A stretch of DNA of 64,000 nucleotides from Patescibacteria group bacterium (GTDB lineage: Bacteria > Patescibacteriota > Patescibacteriia > GWA2-46-9): the NCBI GenBank assembly GCA_041660005.1, contig JBAZXG010000006.1, positions 1,879-65,878 of the forward strand, in the 5' to 3' direction. Each line of letters starts with the position of its first letter. Positions within the stretch are counted from its first letter, which is position 1. Positions 21,922-32,635 of this stretch are shown here, piece after piece. The position numbers and the translations under genes are program-made. Below the pieces are notes generated by a model, which worked only from the letters and a program-made list of their open reading frames with translations, did no database searches and was not told where the DNA came from.

Positions 21922-21958
21922 AAAAGTTCCTGACCCAAATTGGGTCAGGAACTTTTTT
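21921..21958 (+). terminator. Intrinsic terminator
   Basis: AAAAAGTTCCTGACCCA-AAT-TGGGTCAGGAACTTTTTT. Confidence 0.85.
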
Positions 21959-22053
21959 ATGTATAGTCAGAGGGAATCGAACGGGCAAGACACTCAAAAT
22001 AAGTTTGGCGAAGTGACCTATGTTGAGCTTATTGAGTCAGTCGGGAAAAGCTT

Positions 22054-22110
22054 TGCCCTTCGACTCACTTCGTTCGCTCAGGACACTTCGACTCGAGAAG
22101 AGTCGAAGTG
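22054..22110. repeat. REP-like palindrome and hairpin downstream of tRNA-Ile
   Basis: CCCTTCGACTCACTTCGTTCGCTCAGGAC; related copies at 24367-24412 and 27611-27647; hairpin CACTTCGACTC-GAGAA-GAGTCGAAGTG. Confidence 0.6.
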
Positions 22111-22185
22111 GTGGGCGCGGATGGACTCGAACCATCGACCTCTTCATTATCAGTGAAGTGCTCTAACCAGCTGAGCTACGCGCCC
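22109..22185 (-). tRNA. tRNA-Ile(GAT)
   Basis: Reverse complement GGGCGCGTAGCTCAG...CTTCA-CTGATAA-TGAAG...GGTTCGAGTCCATCCGCGCCCACCA. Confidence 0.95.
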
Positions 22186-22330
22186 TTATTGTTGAATTTT
22201 ACGTGCGGGCACTATAGCAAGGTGAGTCGGGAGTGTAAAGTATACAATATCTCAAATTCCAGGGAATTTGAATCGAGGTTGTTCGTTTCTAGGATTCCTT
22301 GGTCTTCTATTTTCTGCTAAGATAGTGACC

Positions 22331-23155
22331 ATGAATAAGCTTATTGGTTTTATCGGACAAGGATTTATCGGCAAAGCGTATGCCGATGATTTTGAAGCGC
22401 GCGGTTTTAAAGTTGTGCGCTACAGTCAAGAACCTGAATATATCGCTAATAAAGAAAAAATCGCTGATTGCGACATTGTTTTTATTGCCGTACCAACGCC
22501 AACAACTCGAGAAGGTTTTGATGACCGAATATTAATTTCGGTTATGCCAGTCGTTGGCAAGGGTAAGGTAGCGGTTATTAAATCCACCATTACGCCTGCA
22601 ACTGTAGATAAACTAGAAAAATTGTATCCGGACATTTTTATTATCCATTCTCCAGAATTCTTGCGTGCAGCCACGGCTACTGAGGACGCCAAACACCCTC
22701 ACCGCAATATTGTTGGCGTTACAGAAAAATCAAAACCGTTTGCTGAAGAAGTGTTGAGCGTTTTACCCCAGGCCCCGTACAATAAAATAGTCGATGCCAA
22801 AACGGCCGCACTGATTAAGTATGGTGGCAACGTTTTCCGCTATTTTAAAATTCTTTTTGTGAATTCGCTTTATGAATTGTGCCAAGCCGAAGGAGTTGAT
22901 TACGAAAAAGTTCGTGAGGCATTGGTTGCTGATCCTTTTATCGAAGAATCTTTTACGCAAGCAGTTCACGAAGGAGGGCGGGGGGTTGGTCGACACTGTC
23001 TCATCAAGGACTTTGCGGCTTATAGGGCTCTACTACAAGAAACGTCTCACGATCCAAAACTTATAGACTTTTTACTATCAGCAGAAAACTATAATAAGGA
23101 ACTATTAGAAAATTCAGGAAAAGATATTGATATACTTAAAGGAGTATATTCTTAG
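22331..23155 (+). CDS. UDP-glucose/GDP-mannose dehydrogenase-family protein (short form)
   Basis: GFIGQGFIG, FIAVPTP, IKSTI, HSPEFLR, GRHCLIKD; lacks the C-terminal UDP-binding domain; start moved to MNKLIG. Confidence 0.85.
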   Translation: MNKLIGFIGQGFIGKAYADDFEARGFKVVRYSQEPEYIANKEKIADCDIVFIAVPTPTTREGFDDRILISVMPVVGKGKVAVIKSTITPATVDKLEKLYPDIFIIHSPEFLRAATATEDAKHPHRNIVGVTEKSKPFAEEVLSVLPQAPYNKIVDAKTAALIKYGGNVFRYFKILFVNSLYELCQAEGVDYEKVREALVADPFIEESFTQAVHEGGRGVGRHCLIKDFAAYRALLQETSHDPKLIDFLLSAENYNKELLENSGKDIDILKGVYS

Positions 23156-23276
23156 TTTTCACAAATGTCTCATTTAGTTTCTTATTTCGGCAACCTTGAT
23201 TTTTTCGGCGATTTTTAATACTATTGGGTAACGTCCGGCGCCATTCGGCCGCCGGTTTAAAGTCTCTTTAAACTTT

Positions 23277-23351
23277 GCCGAGGTAGCTCAGTGGTAGAGC
23301 AGTGGTCTGAAGAACCACGTGTCGTCAGTTCGATTCTGACCCTCGGCACCA
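23277..23351 (+). tRNA. tRNA-Phe(GAA)
   Basis: GCCGAGG acceptor, GTGGT-CTGAAGA-ACCAC, CCA. Confidence 0.95.
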
Positions 23352-23635
23352 AGCCTTTCGAGACAACCACTTGGTTTTCTCGAATAACTCTTTCCTTCCA
23401 GAGAGGACGCAACTATTTTTCTCCGCTTCCACAACTAGCCAAGCAAGATTGTGGTTCTCGAAAAAAAGTTGCTCGAAGTTTGTTCTTTTGAGCCAACCTT
23501 CCGGCGACCAAGGGAGGTCCCTGTGGGATTTTCCTTAATATTCCTTTCCCTCAGCATGAGGTCGTTCAAAAATTATTTTGTGCGTCAGCGAACAAAGTTC
23601 TACGGCCGACGTACTCATAATTTTTTCACTCGCGA
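23352..23635 (+). repeat. Modular tRNA-trailing repeat, copy 2
   Basis: Same modules as 17390-17575 and 37392-37795, in a different order. Confidence 0.85.
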
Positions 23636-23692
23636 ATGTTCCCTCTTTGCCGAGAAGTCGTTCTGTATCGCCCATGAAGTAGTTTGCCTTAT

Positions 23693-23769
23693 CGGGCTGT
23701 AGCGCAGTTGGCTAGCGCGTCTGCTTTGGGAGCAGAAGGTCGCGAGTTCGAGTCTCGCCAGCCCGACCA
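23693..23769 (+). tRNA. tRNA-Pro(TGG)
   Basis: CGGGCTG acceptor, TCTGC-TTTGGGA-GCAGA, CCA. Confidence 0.95.
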
Positions 23770-23792
23770 TTGATTGTCAGGACAAACAACTT

Positions 23793-24212
23793 ATGGACTA
23801 CACAATAATTCTCACGGCTATAACTGCGGTAATAAGTGCTGCTCTTTCTTCTTGGCTGACTTACACATTTGCTGTCAAGAAAATAAAGAGCGAATCTGCG
23901 TTGAGGTTTAAAGAAGAGAAATACGCAAATCTTCTATCGTTAATGCAGGGATTTATAGGTCAGACTACTTCAGGTGAAACAAAAAAGAAGTTTTTTGAAG
24001 AACAGTATAAATCTTGGCTTTACTCATCTGATGAGGTAGTTCTAGCAGTTAATGACCTTGTTAAATTACTTATTGCAGAAAGAGGAAAAGCCCCTGATCC
24101 CGAAAAAGGTAGAGAAGTTGTGGGAAGCATTGTTTTACAAATGAGAAAAGATCTTTATGGAAAAACAAAGTTAAAATACAACGACTTTAGTTACACAGAT
24201 GTTCTGAATTAG
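23793..24212 (+). CDS. Hypothetical AT-rich protein with N-terminal TM helix
   Basis: 139-aa ORF immediately after tRNA-Pro. Confidence 0.75.
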   Translation: MDYTIILTAITAVISAALSSWLTYTFAVKKIKSESALRFKEEKYANLLSLMQGFIGQTTSGETKKKFFEEQYKSWLYSSDEVVLAVNDLVKLLIAERGKAPDPEKGREVVGSIVLQMRKDLYGKTKLKYNDFSYTDVLN

Positions 24213-24420
24213 AAAGTAACTTACCTAAAAATACCTTTCAAAAAATTTACATCCGAATCCTTCCCGATCAAGTACACCCTCAAATCCTTAATCGCCATGT
24301 CTATTGTTTTATCCCCAACTTCCAATAACCTTTTGGCACTTGGTTCGAGTTGTGGTTTGAAAGCCCGACCATTCGACTCGCTTTCGATAAACTCAGGCTC
24401 GCTCATGGTAAACTATCCAT

Positions 24421-24684
24421 ATGGAATCTATTGAGCAACAGATTCAACAAATTCAGGAACGCAATAAAAGGGTTGAAGTGGACAAGGCCTGGGAAACGAG
24501 TTTAGCTCGAAAAATAATTGTCGCAATTCTTACCTATTTTATAATTGTTCTATTTTTTACTTTTGTTGATCTTCCTAAACCGTTTGTTAATGCCACTATT
24601 CCAACTTTGGCATTTATCCTTTCAACATTTTCGTTGCCACTATTTAAAAAAATGTGGTTGAAATATTTTTATAAACAGGATTAA
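24421..24684 (+). CDS. Small two-TM hypothetical protein
   Basis: ERNKRVEVDKAWETS followed by two hydrophobic helices. Confidence 0.8.
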   Translation: MESIEQQIQQIQERNKRVEVDKAWETSLARKIIVAILTYFIIVLFFTFVDLPKPFVNATIPTLAFILSTFSLPLFKKMWLKYFYKQD

Positions 24685-24763
24685 ATATTATATGTAAACA
24701 ATTCTCTCACTCTGGTGTCTCGTGTTATAACCATCACCTCTCCACAAGGAGAGTTTTTTGTTT

Positions 24764-25615
24764 CTACCAACCAATGATATGAATAACTTCAAGTAAGCCC
24801 CATGCGGCAATACCGATAAAAGCGACTGAACCGAACAGTGCAATAACCGGGTTCTTGACGGCTTGGATCGTCCGGCTTGGCGAAAGGTAAAGAAAAATAT
24901 TTAAAATCATGTGCCCGACAAAAACACCAATAGCAAACCCAAAAACATTCACGACATTAAAAAGTGTTACATAACCTGCAAAGTCGTCTAACCCAAGAAT
25001 AAAAGGCACAGAAAACGCCAGTGAAAAAACAGCGGCGAATGTTCCTCGCCCCACACTTTTCATTTTTAGATCAGGCAAAATATATTGCACTATTGGCAAA
25101 AAGAGACGATTGATTGGTCGCAAGAACCGTTCAATGGCTCTAGCTATGATAACTACCCAGGAAGAAGCAAGTGGTGCGTCCCGCTTCGTAGCGTGTTCAA
25201 GACTGTCTTCGGCGAGACGTAACAGCACAAAGGAAGCAATAGTGACCATGAGCGCCAACAGCCAACGAACCTCTTTAAAGAATGCCCAAACAACAAGAAT
25301 TGCCATGGTTCCAACACCATTGCCAAGCGCTGTGCCGATTTCGATAGCAACGCGATTCTTCCACCCGTGGTGTTTCGCCATGAGATTTCCTATGTAGATG
25401 GCAAAATCAACTGACGTTTTGAGATATATTGTTAAACCAATAGCGACGTCCCACCAACGAATCTCTAAATGTACCGGGGTTAACGTGAACTGGTTGACCA
25501 AAGTAATTTCAACCCATAAAAGACTAACAAGAACGCCACAAACAAAAACTGTCAATGACAGCGGTATGACTTGTGCTTGTAAAACGGTTTCTTGCGAAGT
25601 CGGAGAATCTGACAT
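24764..25615 (-). CDS. Polytopic membrane protein, possibly LysE/CadD-like exporter fold
   Basis: 6-7 TM segments; internal repeat motifs KTSVDFAIY and LGLDDFAGYVTLF; family assignment is inference. Confidence 0.7.
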   Translation of the reverse strand: MSDSPTSQETVLQAQVIPLSLTVFVCGVLVSLLWVEITLVNQFTLTPVHLEIRWWDVAIGLTIYLKTSVDFAIYIGNLMAKHHGWKNRVAIEIGTALGNGVGTMAILVVWAFFKEVRWLLALMVTIASFVLLRLAEDSLEHATKRDAPLASSWVVIIARAIERFLRPINRLFLPIVQYILPDLKMKSVGRGTFAAVFSLAFSVPFILGLDDFAGYVTLFNVVNVFGFAIGVFVGHMILNIFLYLSPSRTIQAVKNPVIALFGSVAFIGIAAWGLLEVIHIIGW

Positions 25616-25706
25616 GACTAAAGTCTACATAAAAAACAACAAAAAGAGAACTTAGCAACGATCTTGCGCTGCAAACTTGCTCAAGCACCACATTTTTTTA
25701 CATACA

Positions 25707-25738
25707 ACAAACCCTTCGACATAAGTCGAAGGGTTTGT
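25707..25738. terminator. Hairpin ending the 16S transcript
   Basis: ACAAACCCTTCGAC-ATAA-GTCGAAGGGTTTGT. Confidence 0.7.
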
Positions 25739-25875
25739 GATTCACAATTGCAAAGTGGTAAGAAATTCTCCGTGTCTATTTCGTATGTTTTGTGCCACCC
25801 CTTGCGGGGACTCCGATATATACCGGAGGTCGACTGGCTGTGTACCAACGTGAGATCGGTACACGTAAATCTCCT

Positions 25876-27467
<1,592 letters not shown>

Positions 27468-27795
27468 AATCCTCTTTGCTCCGAAGAACAAAGAGGGGTG
27501 GTTGCGATATAGACACACCGTCTATACCAACAACCGAAAAGAAATTTAACGGAGGTTTCTTACCACTTTGCAATTGTTAATGTTCGAACTTCCGTCAGAG
27601 CAGTTGCTAGCCCTACTTCGTTTTTGAAAACGAAGCTACTCAAGGACTTTTTACGCTACCGCTGTTGTCGGAAGAAAAAAGAGAGAAACCTAGGTTTCGC
27701 CCTTTTTCCTTCCCCCGAACTATGCTCGGAGACACGCGCTAAAGTTGCTTAAAAGGTATGGTCGGTAAGTTGTTAACTAATGAATGAGCTACATA

Positions 27796-27824
27796 ATAAT
27801 AAAACCCCTTAGCGGGGTTGTCAA
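27796..27824 (-). promoter_or_regulatory. Putative rRNA promoter
   Basis: Minus strand TTGACA-17 bp-TATTAT. Confidence 0.7.
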
Positions 27825-27905
27825 GGGTCATTTTTGCCGAGTCCGAGGAGGGAGACAAGCTACGACTTCTGTCGCACTTGCTCCCTCCAGGGCTCGGTTT
27901 TGCCT

Positions 27906-28037
27906 CTAAGAAGAGGGCTGCGGCTTTTCCCTTGCCCGACGGGCTGCGAGCGATCGCTCGCTCATCCATCCAAGAAGAAAGGGTAAGCCATTTGCCACAT
28001 AGAGTGCGGCGTTCAACAACAACTGGTCGTGAGCCAT
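27906..28037 (-). CDS. Small protein (43 aa), unannotated
   Basis: SD GGAGGAGG; MAHDQLLLNAALYVANGLPFLLGWMSERSLAARRAREKPQPSS*; upstream TTGACT-17-TAATAT; long hairpin 27837-27898 downstream. Confidence 0.55.
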   Translation of the reverse strand: MAHDQLLLNAALYVANGLPFLLGWMSERSLAARRAREKPQPSS

Positions 28038-28155
28038 GACTGAAAACCTCCTCCGGTTGATTGCAAAGTATATTACAGAGAATTATTAAAAGAGTCAATA
28101 GTTGTGGCGAGGCCGAAGGAAAACGCGCGTGCGCTTCCTCCGGCCTCAAAAAACG

Positions 28156-28278
28156 CTACCCGTAAATCCGGTGGTAGATGATGTCTACGTCCCGGAAGTA
28201 ATTCCTCAGCGCCCGCCATCGAGCGCGAATCTTTGCCGAGTAGATACGGACAACATATGCAATCGCGATTGCGCTCAT
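28156..28278 (-). CDS. Small basic protein (40 aa), unannotated
   Basis: SD GGAGGTG; MSAIAIAYVVRIYSAKIRARWRALRNYFRDVDIIYHRIYG*; upstream TTGACC-17-TAGGAT; hairpin 28109-28147 downstream. Confidence 0.55.
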   Translation of the reverse strand: MSAIAIAYVVRIYSAKIRARWRALRNYFRDVDIIYHRIYG

Positions 28279-28347
28279 GACGGACACCTCCATCGTATTC
28301 CCGGCCGTTGCCAGGTATTATTATCCTAGAGACAGCAGTTCCCCTGG

Positions 28348-29049
28348 TCAAGCACCCTTTTTGCGTTTATTTTTTCTCCACTTATCAATGTTGCTATGGT
28401 CGCCGCTCAACAATACCTTCGGTACACGATATTTTTTGCCTTTCCAAATGAGTACTTCAGGACGGGTATAATGTGGGTATTCCAATTGGCAATTTTCTTC
28501 TGTCTCTTCCTTAACCAAAGCGTCCCCGTGTGATTCTTCGGCAAGCGATTCCTCGCGAATAACTCCAGGAACTAAACGCGCCACCGCAGAAACGAGTACC
28601 ATGGCGGCAACATCCCCATCGGTGGTAATGTACGGCCCAATAGAAACTTCTTCGGCTTTTAAAATTTTTGTTACCCGCTCATCGATACCTTCATAGCGCC
28701 CGCTTATAAAAATGAGTTCGTCATAATTCTTTGCATAGCGATAAGCTAACGTTTGTGAAAATGGCTTTCCCTTTGCAGAGAGAACGACTACCTTTCGCCT
28801 CAATTTTCGCTTCCCATCTTTGTGAACGATCATAGCGACGGTTTTTAAAATGGGTTCCGCCATCATCACCATGCCAGCGCCGCCGCCATAGGGTCGGTCG
28901 TCGGTGGTGTGATGCCGATCAACGGTATAATCACGAATGTTATGAATACAAACTTCTACTAAACTACTCTGCCGAGCACGCTTCAAAATAGACTCATTAA
29001 AGTATGAATCAAAAATGTGTGGGAAGAGAGTTACGATATCAATGCGCAT
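28348..29049 (-). CDS. trmD: tRNA (guanine37-N1)-methyltransferase
   Basis: DDRPYGGGAGMVM, GRYEGIDERV, LEYPHYTRP, VLLSGDH. Confidence 0.97.
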   Translation of the reverse strand: MRIDIVTLFPHIFDSYFNESILKRARQSSLVEVCIHNIRDYTVDRHHTTDDRPYGGGAGMVMMAEPILKTVAMIVHKDGKRKLRRKVVVLSAKGKPFSQTLAYRYAKNYDELIFISGRYEGIDERVTKILKAEEVSIGPYITTDGDVAAMVLVSAVARLVPGVIREESLAEESHGDALVKEETEENCQLEYPHYTRPEVLIWKGKKYRVPKVLLSGDHSNIDKWRKNKRKKGA

Positions 29050-29128
29050 GACAAAATGCTAACAGGAAAAGATGTCCTTGCACAGAGTCCACTTCAAAAA
29101 TAATTTTTGAGCTGGTCTCTCGTTACAG

Positions 29129-29160
29129 CAAAACAGGCGACCCAAAGGCCGCCTGTTTTG
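29129..29160. terminator. Intrinsic terminator after khpA
   Basis: CAAAACAGGCG-ACCCAAAGGC-CGCCTGTTTTG. Confidence 0.7.
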
Positions 29161-29175
29161 TAATTGAGACAATCC

Positions 29176-29553
29176 TTAAATTCTCAGGTCGTCGACTGCA
29201 CTGGTATCGACATCTTCCAGCTCATTCCTTACTGGGGCTGGAGCCGATGCCGGACGTCGTGGCGCGATGCCACTTGCCTCACGCTGCTCTTGACGGGCTC
29301 GACGAATTTCTTCCGGTTCGTAAATCTTAAGATTTACCCGGGCATTATTCTTGGCACCAACAATGCGAAGCAAAGTTCTGAGCGAGCGAGCAGTTTGCCC
29401 GCTGCGTCCAATGATGTAGCCCATGTCTTCTTTATCAACATGCAGCGTAATCAAAACGCCCATCTCGTCGACGGTTCGCTCGGTCCTTACCGCTTCCGGC
29501 TTATTGACCAATGCCTTTACCATGTACTCGACAAATTCTTGATCTTTTTCCAT
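29176..29553 (-). CDS. khpA: KH-domain RNA-binding protein
   Basis: EDMGYIIGRSGQTARSLRTLL; located between rpsP and trmD. Confidence 0.92.
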   Translation of the reverse strand: MEKDQEFVEYMVKALVNKPEAVRTERTVDEMGVLITLHVDKEDMGYIIGRSGQTARSLRTLLRIVGAKNNARVNLKIYEPEEIRRARQEQREASGIAPRRPASAPAPVRNELEDVDTSAVDDLRI

Positions 29554-29683
29554 TATTTTCGTTTACTAATCTATACTGTTGTAACTTCCAGTACTGTCGA
29601 CCTATTTTTTATGATCTGGCCAAAAGCCGATCCATCCAGTCTGGTGCATCGAAAGTAGCATCAAATACGCTAACCGTCAACGA

Positions 29684-29710
29684 CAAAGCCCCGGACAACC
29701 CGGGGCTTTG
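29684..29710. terminator. Hairpin after rpsP
   Basis: CAAAGCCCCGG-ACAAC-CCGGGGCTTTG. Confidence 0.7.
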
Positions 29711-29734
29711 GTTTTTATCGCAGTATAATGAATC

Positions 29735-30181
29735 CTAAACAGTGGCCTCTTTAACCTCTTCTGCTGGTGATTCTTTGGTTTCAGCAGCTGCTACTTCAGC
29801 CGCCGCAGCGTCATCTTTTGCCTTCTTTGCCGCTTGCTCTTTCGCTTCAAGCGCTGCTTCTGTTTCTTTCTGCTTGGCTGCGACTGCAATTACTGCCGCT
29901 TGTTTCTTCCGACTAATTTTAACGATACGGCTCTTTTCACCTTGAATGATTTTTTGATCAATAAGAATGTTCCGAACCGTGTCTGATGTTGTCGCCCCCT
30001 GACCGAGCCAGTACTTGATACGATCCTCTTTCAAAACAAAGGTACGAGGATTCGTTCGAGGATTAAAGTGGCCTAAAATTTCTATATGCTTTCCCCACGG
30101 ATCGCGCCCTTTTTCCTGGGCGACAAACCGGTACGTTGGCTGTTTTCTTTTTCCAATGCGTGTCAATCGAATAGTTACCAT
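29735..30181 (-). CDS. rpsP: 30S ribosomal protein S16 with Ala/Glu/Lys-rich tail
   Basis: MVTIRLTRIGKRKQPTYR...IEILGHFNP...WLGQGA...SDTV. Confidence 0.96.
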   Translation of the reverse strand: MVTIRLTRIGKRKQPTYRFVAQEKGRDPWGKHIEILGHFNPRTNPRTFVLKEDRIKYWLGQGATTSDTVRNILIDQKIIQGEKSRIVKISRKKQAAVIAVAAKQKETEAALEAKEQAAKKAKDDAAAAEVAAAETKESPAEEVKEATV

Positions 30182-30277
30182 AAAAACATTAAGTTACAAG
30201 TTCCCGCACTATAAAGGAAAAACGAAACTTCGTCAACTAGCTAGGGATGCTCCTCAACGGTTATGCTACCCTTTGTG

Positions 30278-32497
30278 CTATTTTTTCTGAATGTCCTCCA
30301 ATTTCAAGGAAAGCACTTTTGATGCACCTTCCTCCCCCATAGTAATGCCATAGAGAATATTTGCTTGCTGCATACTAGCGCGATTGTGGGTAATTACGAT
30401 GAACTGGGTGCGGTGAGAGAGTTGATCAATGATCTCTGCGAATCGCACTGAGTTTGCTTCGTCAAGCGCGGCGTCGACTTCGTCTAAAACAACGAACGGG
30501 GATGGATTTGAAGAAATGATAGCGCAGATAAGCGCCAGTGACGTCAGCGCTCGTTCACCACCAGAAAGCATACTAATATTTTTTAACCGCTTGCCGGGAG
30601 GTGTTGCTTGAATATCAATGCCAAGACGTTCTGTCGATGCACTGCTCGCAACAACTTCACCGTCTTCGTCTCCTTCATCGTCAGCATCTACCGCACCGCC
30701 ACCAACCGTAGGTAGTGCTACGCGCACCAATTTAGCCATACCACCACTAAATAGAATTTTGAAAAATCGCTCAAAGTCAACACTGATCCGATGAAACGAC
30801 TCGTTAAATTTCCTTTGAATCGTCTCGTCAAGTTCTCGGATTATTTTGCGCAGGTCAACAATGGCGCGCCGCAGGTCATCAGATTCAGCGACCAAGAAGT
30901 CATTGCGTTTTTTTGTCTCCTCGTACTCTTTCGCCGTTTCCTCGTCAATGGTCCCTATCTCCGCTAGACGGCATTTTAAACCTTCAATTTGCTGACGCAT
31001 ATTACCCTTCTCAGGAGACGAATAAACGGTAGTGTCCGGCTCTGGGACAACGCCACTCAACTCCTCGGCAATCTCTCGATCAAGTGCTTCTTTCTCAGCG
31101 GTTAAACGAGCCAGCATCACGTTATGTTCGTTCTCTCTGTCAATGAGGGCGCGCAATGAGTCTCGTGTCTGTCGAATCTTTCGTTCAAGTTCAAACACCG
31201 CCTTATTCTTCTTCTGCTCCTCCTCATGAAACCGTTTCATGTCGTCCCCGAGAGCGGTCAGTGTGGCAGCTATTTTTCCTTCTTCATCCTGTAATTTGGC
31301 TACCTCCTGTTCAAGTGCACTGCGCTCTACTGTTGACGCGCTATCGTCCCCTAACACTTGCTGTTTCAAGCGTCGTATATGATTGGTTAACCGCTCGAGC
31401 GATCGGCGCAATATTGCATGGGCCTCATCTGGTGACTGCTCAGCCGCAATAACGAGCTCTTTTACCGCGGCTTCCAGGTCGTAGTAAATGCCCGCGAGCT
31501 CCTCTGGCGAAGACTCCCCTTTACGCTGCCGCTTCACCTCGGAGGTCAAAACGGTTCGTGCTTCAACAAGTTTTTCCCTGAGAACGGTGCGGGCATCCCA
31601 TAGACGTTGATGATCTGCTTCTAGTTTTTTAAAACGCTCATCAACTGATGTTGCTTGCTCTAACTTAGCAAACGACTCTTCTAACTGCGCGAGCTCACGC
31701 TCAGCTGCTTCACGCTTTGCTTGCGCCTCATTTTTTTCCTTACGACTACGGGTAAGCGCCGAACTGTTTTCATAGCACACCGAACCATAATATTTTTTAC
31801 GCGCGAGATCGAGCTCCTGCATCACCGCTTCACGACGTTCTAAGCGGTGCACCTGTCGCGTCAATGATCTCAGCCGTGGGGTTATTTCTTGGATAAGCAC
31901 TTCACCCTGACGAAGGTTATCTTCTGTTTGTTCAAGTTTGTGCTCGGCATCTTCACGCTTCAACTGCAATGGACGTGTACCAGATGCCTCATCAAAATAA
32001 ACTTTTCGCTCGAGTGGGCTCGCCATTAAAATTGCATCGACCATTCCCTGTCCAATGATGCTGTACGTTTTTTGACCAAAGCTTGCCTCTGCAAGCAGCA
32101 TGGTAACATCTTGCAGGCGAACACGTTTCTTATTGACAAGATATTCTGATTCTCCACTTCGGAACAACCGACGAGTAATGACCACCTGACTATAGTCGAT
32201 AGGCGCCTGCTTATCTTCATTATTGAGGTAGAGGGAAACTTCGGCCAAACCGACACGAGAAAGTTTTTCGGTGCCAGAAAAAATAACATCCTCTGATTTT
32301 TTTCCTCTGAGCGACTTCAAACTCTGCTCACCCATGACCCAACGCAGCGCATCGGCGAAATTCGATTTTCCTGATCCGTTTGGGCCAACAATTGCCGCAA
32401 CACCACGCCGCTCACCCCCACGTGGTTGCGGAAAATTAAGCGTCGTTTTATGTACGAAAGTTTTAAATCCCTGTAACTCAAGTTTCTCTAAATGCAC
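30278..32497 (-). CDS. smc: Short SMC-family ATPase
   Basis: GPNGSGKSN, LRGKKSEDVIF, IIGQG, LSGGE, LDEVDAALD, ITHN; only 739 aa. Confidence 0.9.
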   Translation of the reverse strand: MHLEKLELQGFKTFVHKTTLNFPQPRGGERRGVAAIVGPNGSGKSNFADALRWVMGEQSLKSLRGKKSEDVIFSGTEKLSRVGLAEVSLYLNNEDKQAPIDYSQVVITRRLFRSGESEYLVNKKRVRLQDVTMLLAEASFGQKTYSIIGQGMVDAILMASPLERKVYFDEASGTRPLQLKREDAEHKLEQTEDNLRQGEVLIQEITPRLRSLTRQVHRLERREAVMQELDLARKKYYGSVCYENSSALTRSRKEKNEAQAKREAAERELAQLEESFAKLEQATSVDERFKKLEADHQRLWDARTVLREKLVEARTVLTSEVKRQRKGESSPEELAGIYYDLEAAVKELVIAAEQSPDEAHAILRRSLERLTNHIRRLKQQVLGDDSASTVERSALEQEVAKLQDEEGKIAATLTALGDDMKRFHEEEQKKNKAVFELERKIRQTRDSLRALIDRENEHNVMLARLTAEKEALDREIAEELSGVVPEPDTTVYSSPEKGNMRQQIEGLKCRLAEIGTIDEETAKEYEETKKRNDFLVAESDDLRRAIVDLRKIIRELDETIQRKFNESFHRISVDFERFFKILFSGGMAKLVRVALPTVGGGAVDADDEGDEDGEVVASSASTERLGIDIQATPPGKRLKNISMLSGGERALTSLALICAIISSNPSPFVVLDEVDAALDEANSVRFAEIIDQLSHRTQFIVITHNRASMQQANILYGITMGEEGASKVLSLKLEDIQKK

Positions 32498-32635
32498 AAT
32501 AACTGACGACTAGGTAATAATCCGCCCCGTGATACCGACAGCGGTCTTCTGCTAGTAGTATACGGGAAAAAGTGGTTTTCCGTCGAGAGCATATCGCCTG
32601 CAAAACTGGTTGCTGTATGATACAATGAGGCCAGT

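Noticed and set aside
21604-22320. ORFs with repeated peptide VPREGIEPSRGCPH
   Set aside because: These are translations of tRNA-Leu, its duplicated 3' end and tRNA-Ile.
24221-24406. 61-aa minus-strand ORF MSEPEFIESESNG...
   Set aside because: The N-terminus comes from a REP-like palindrome; the rest may be a gene remnant but I cannot assign it.
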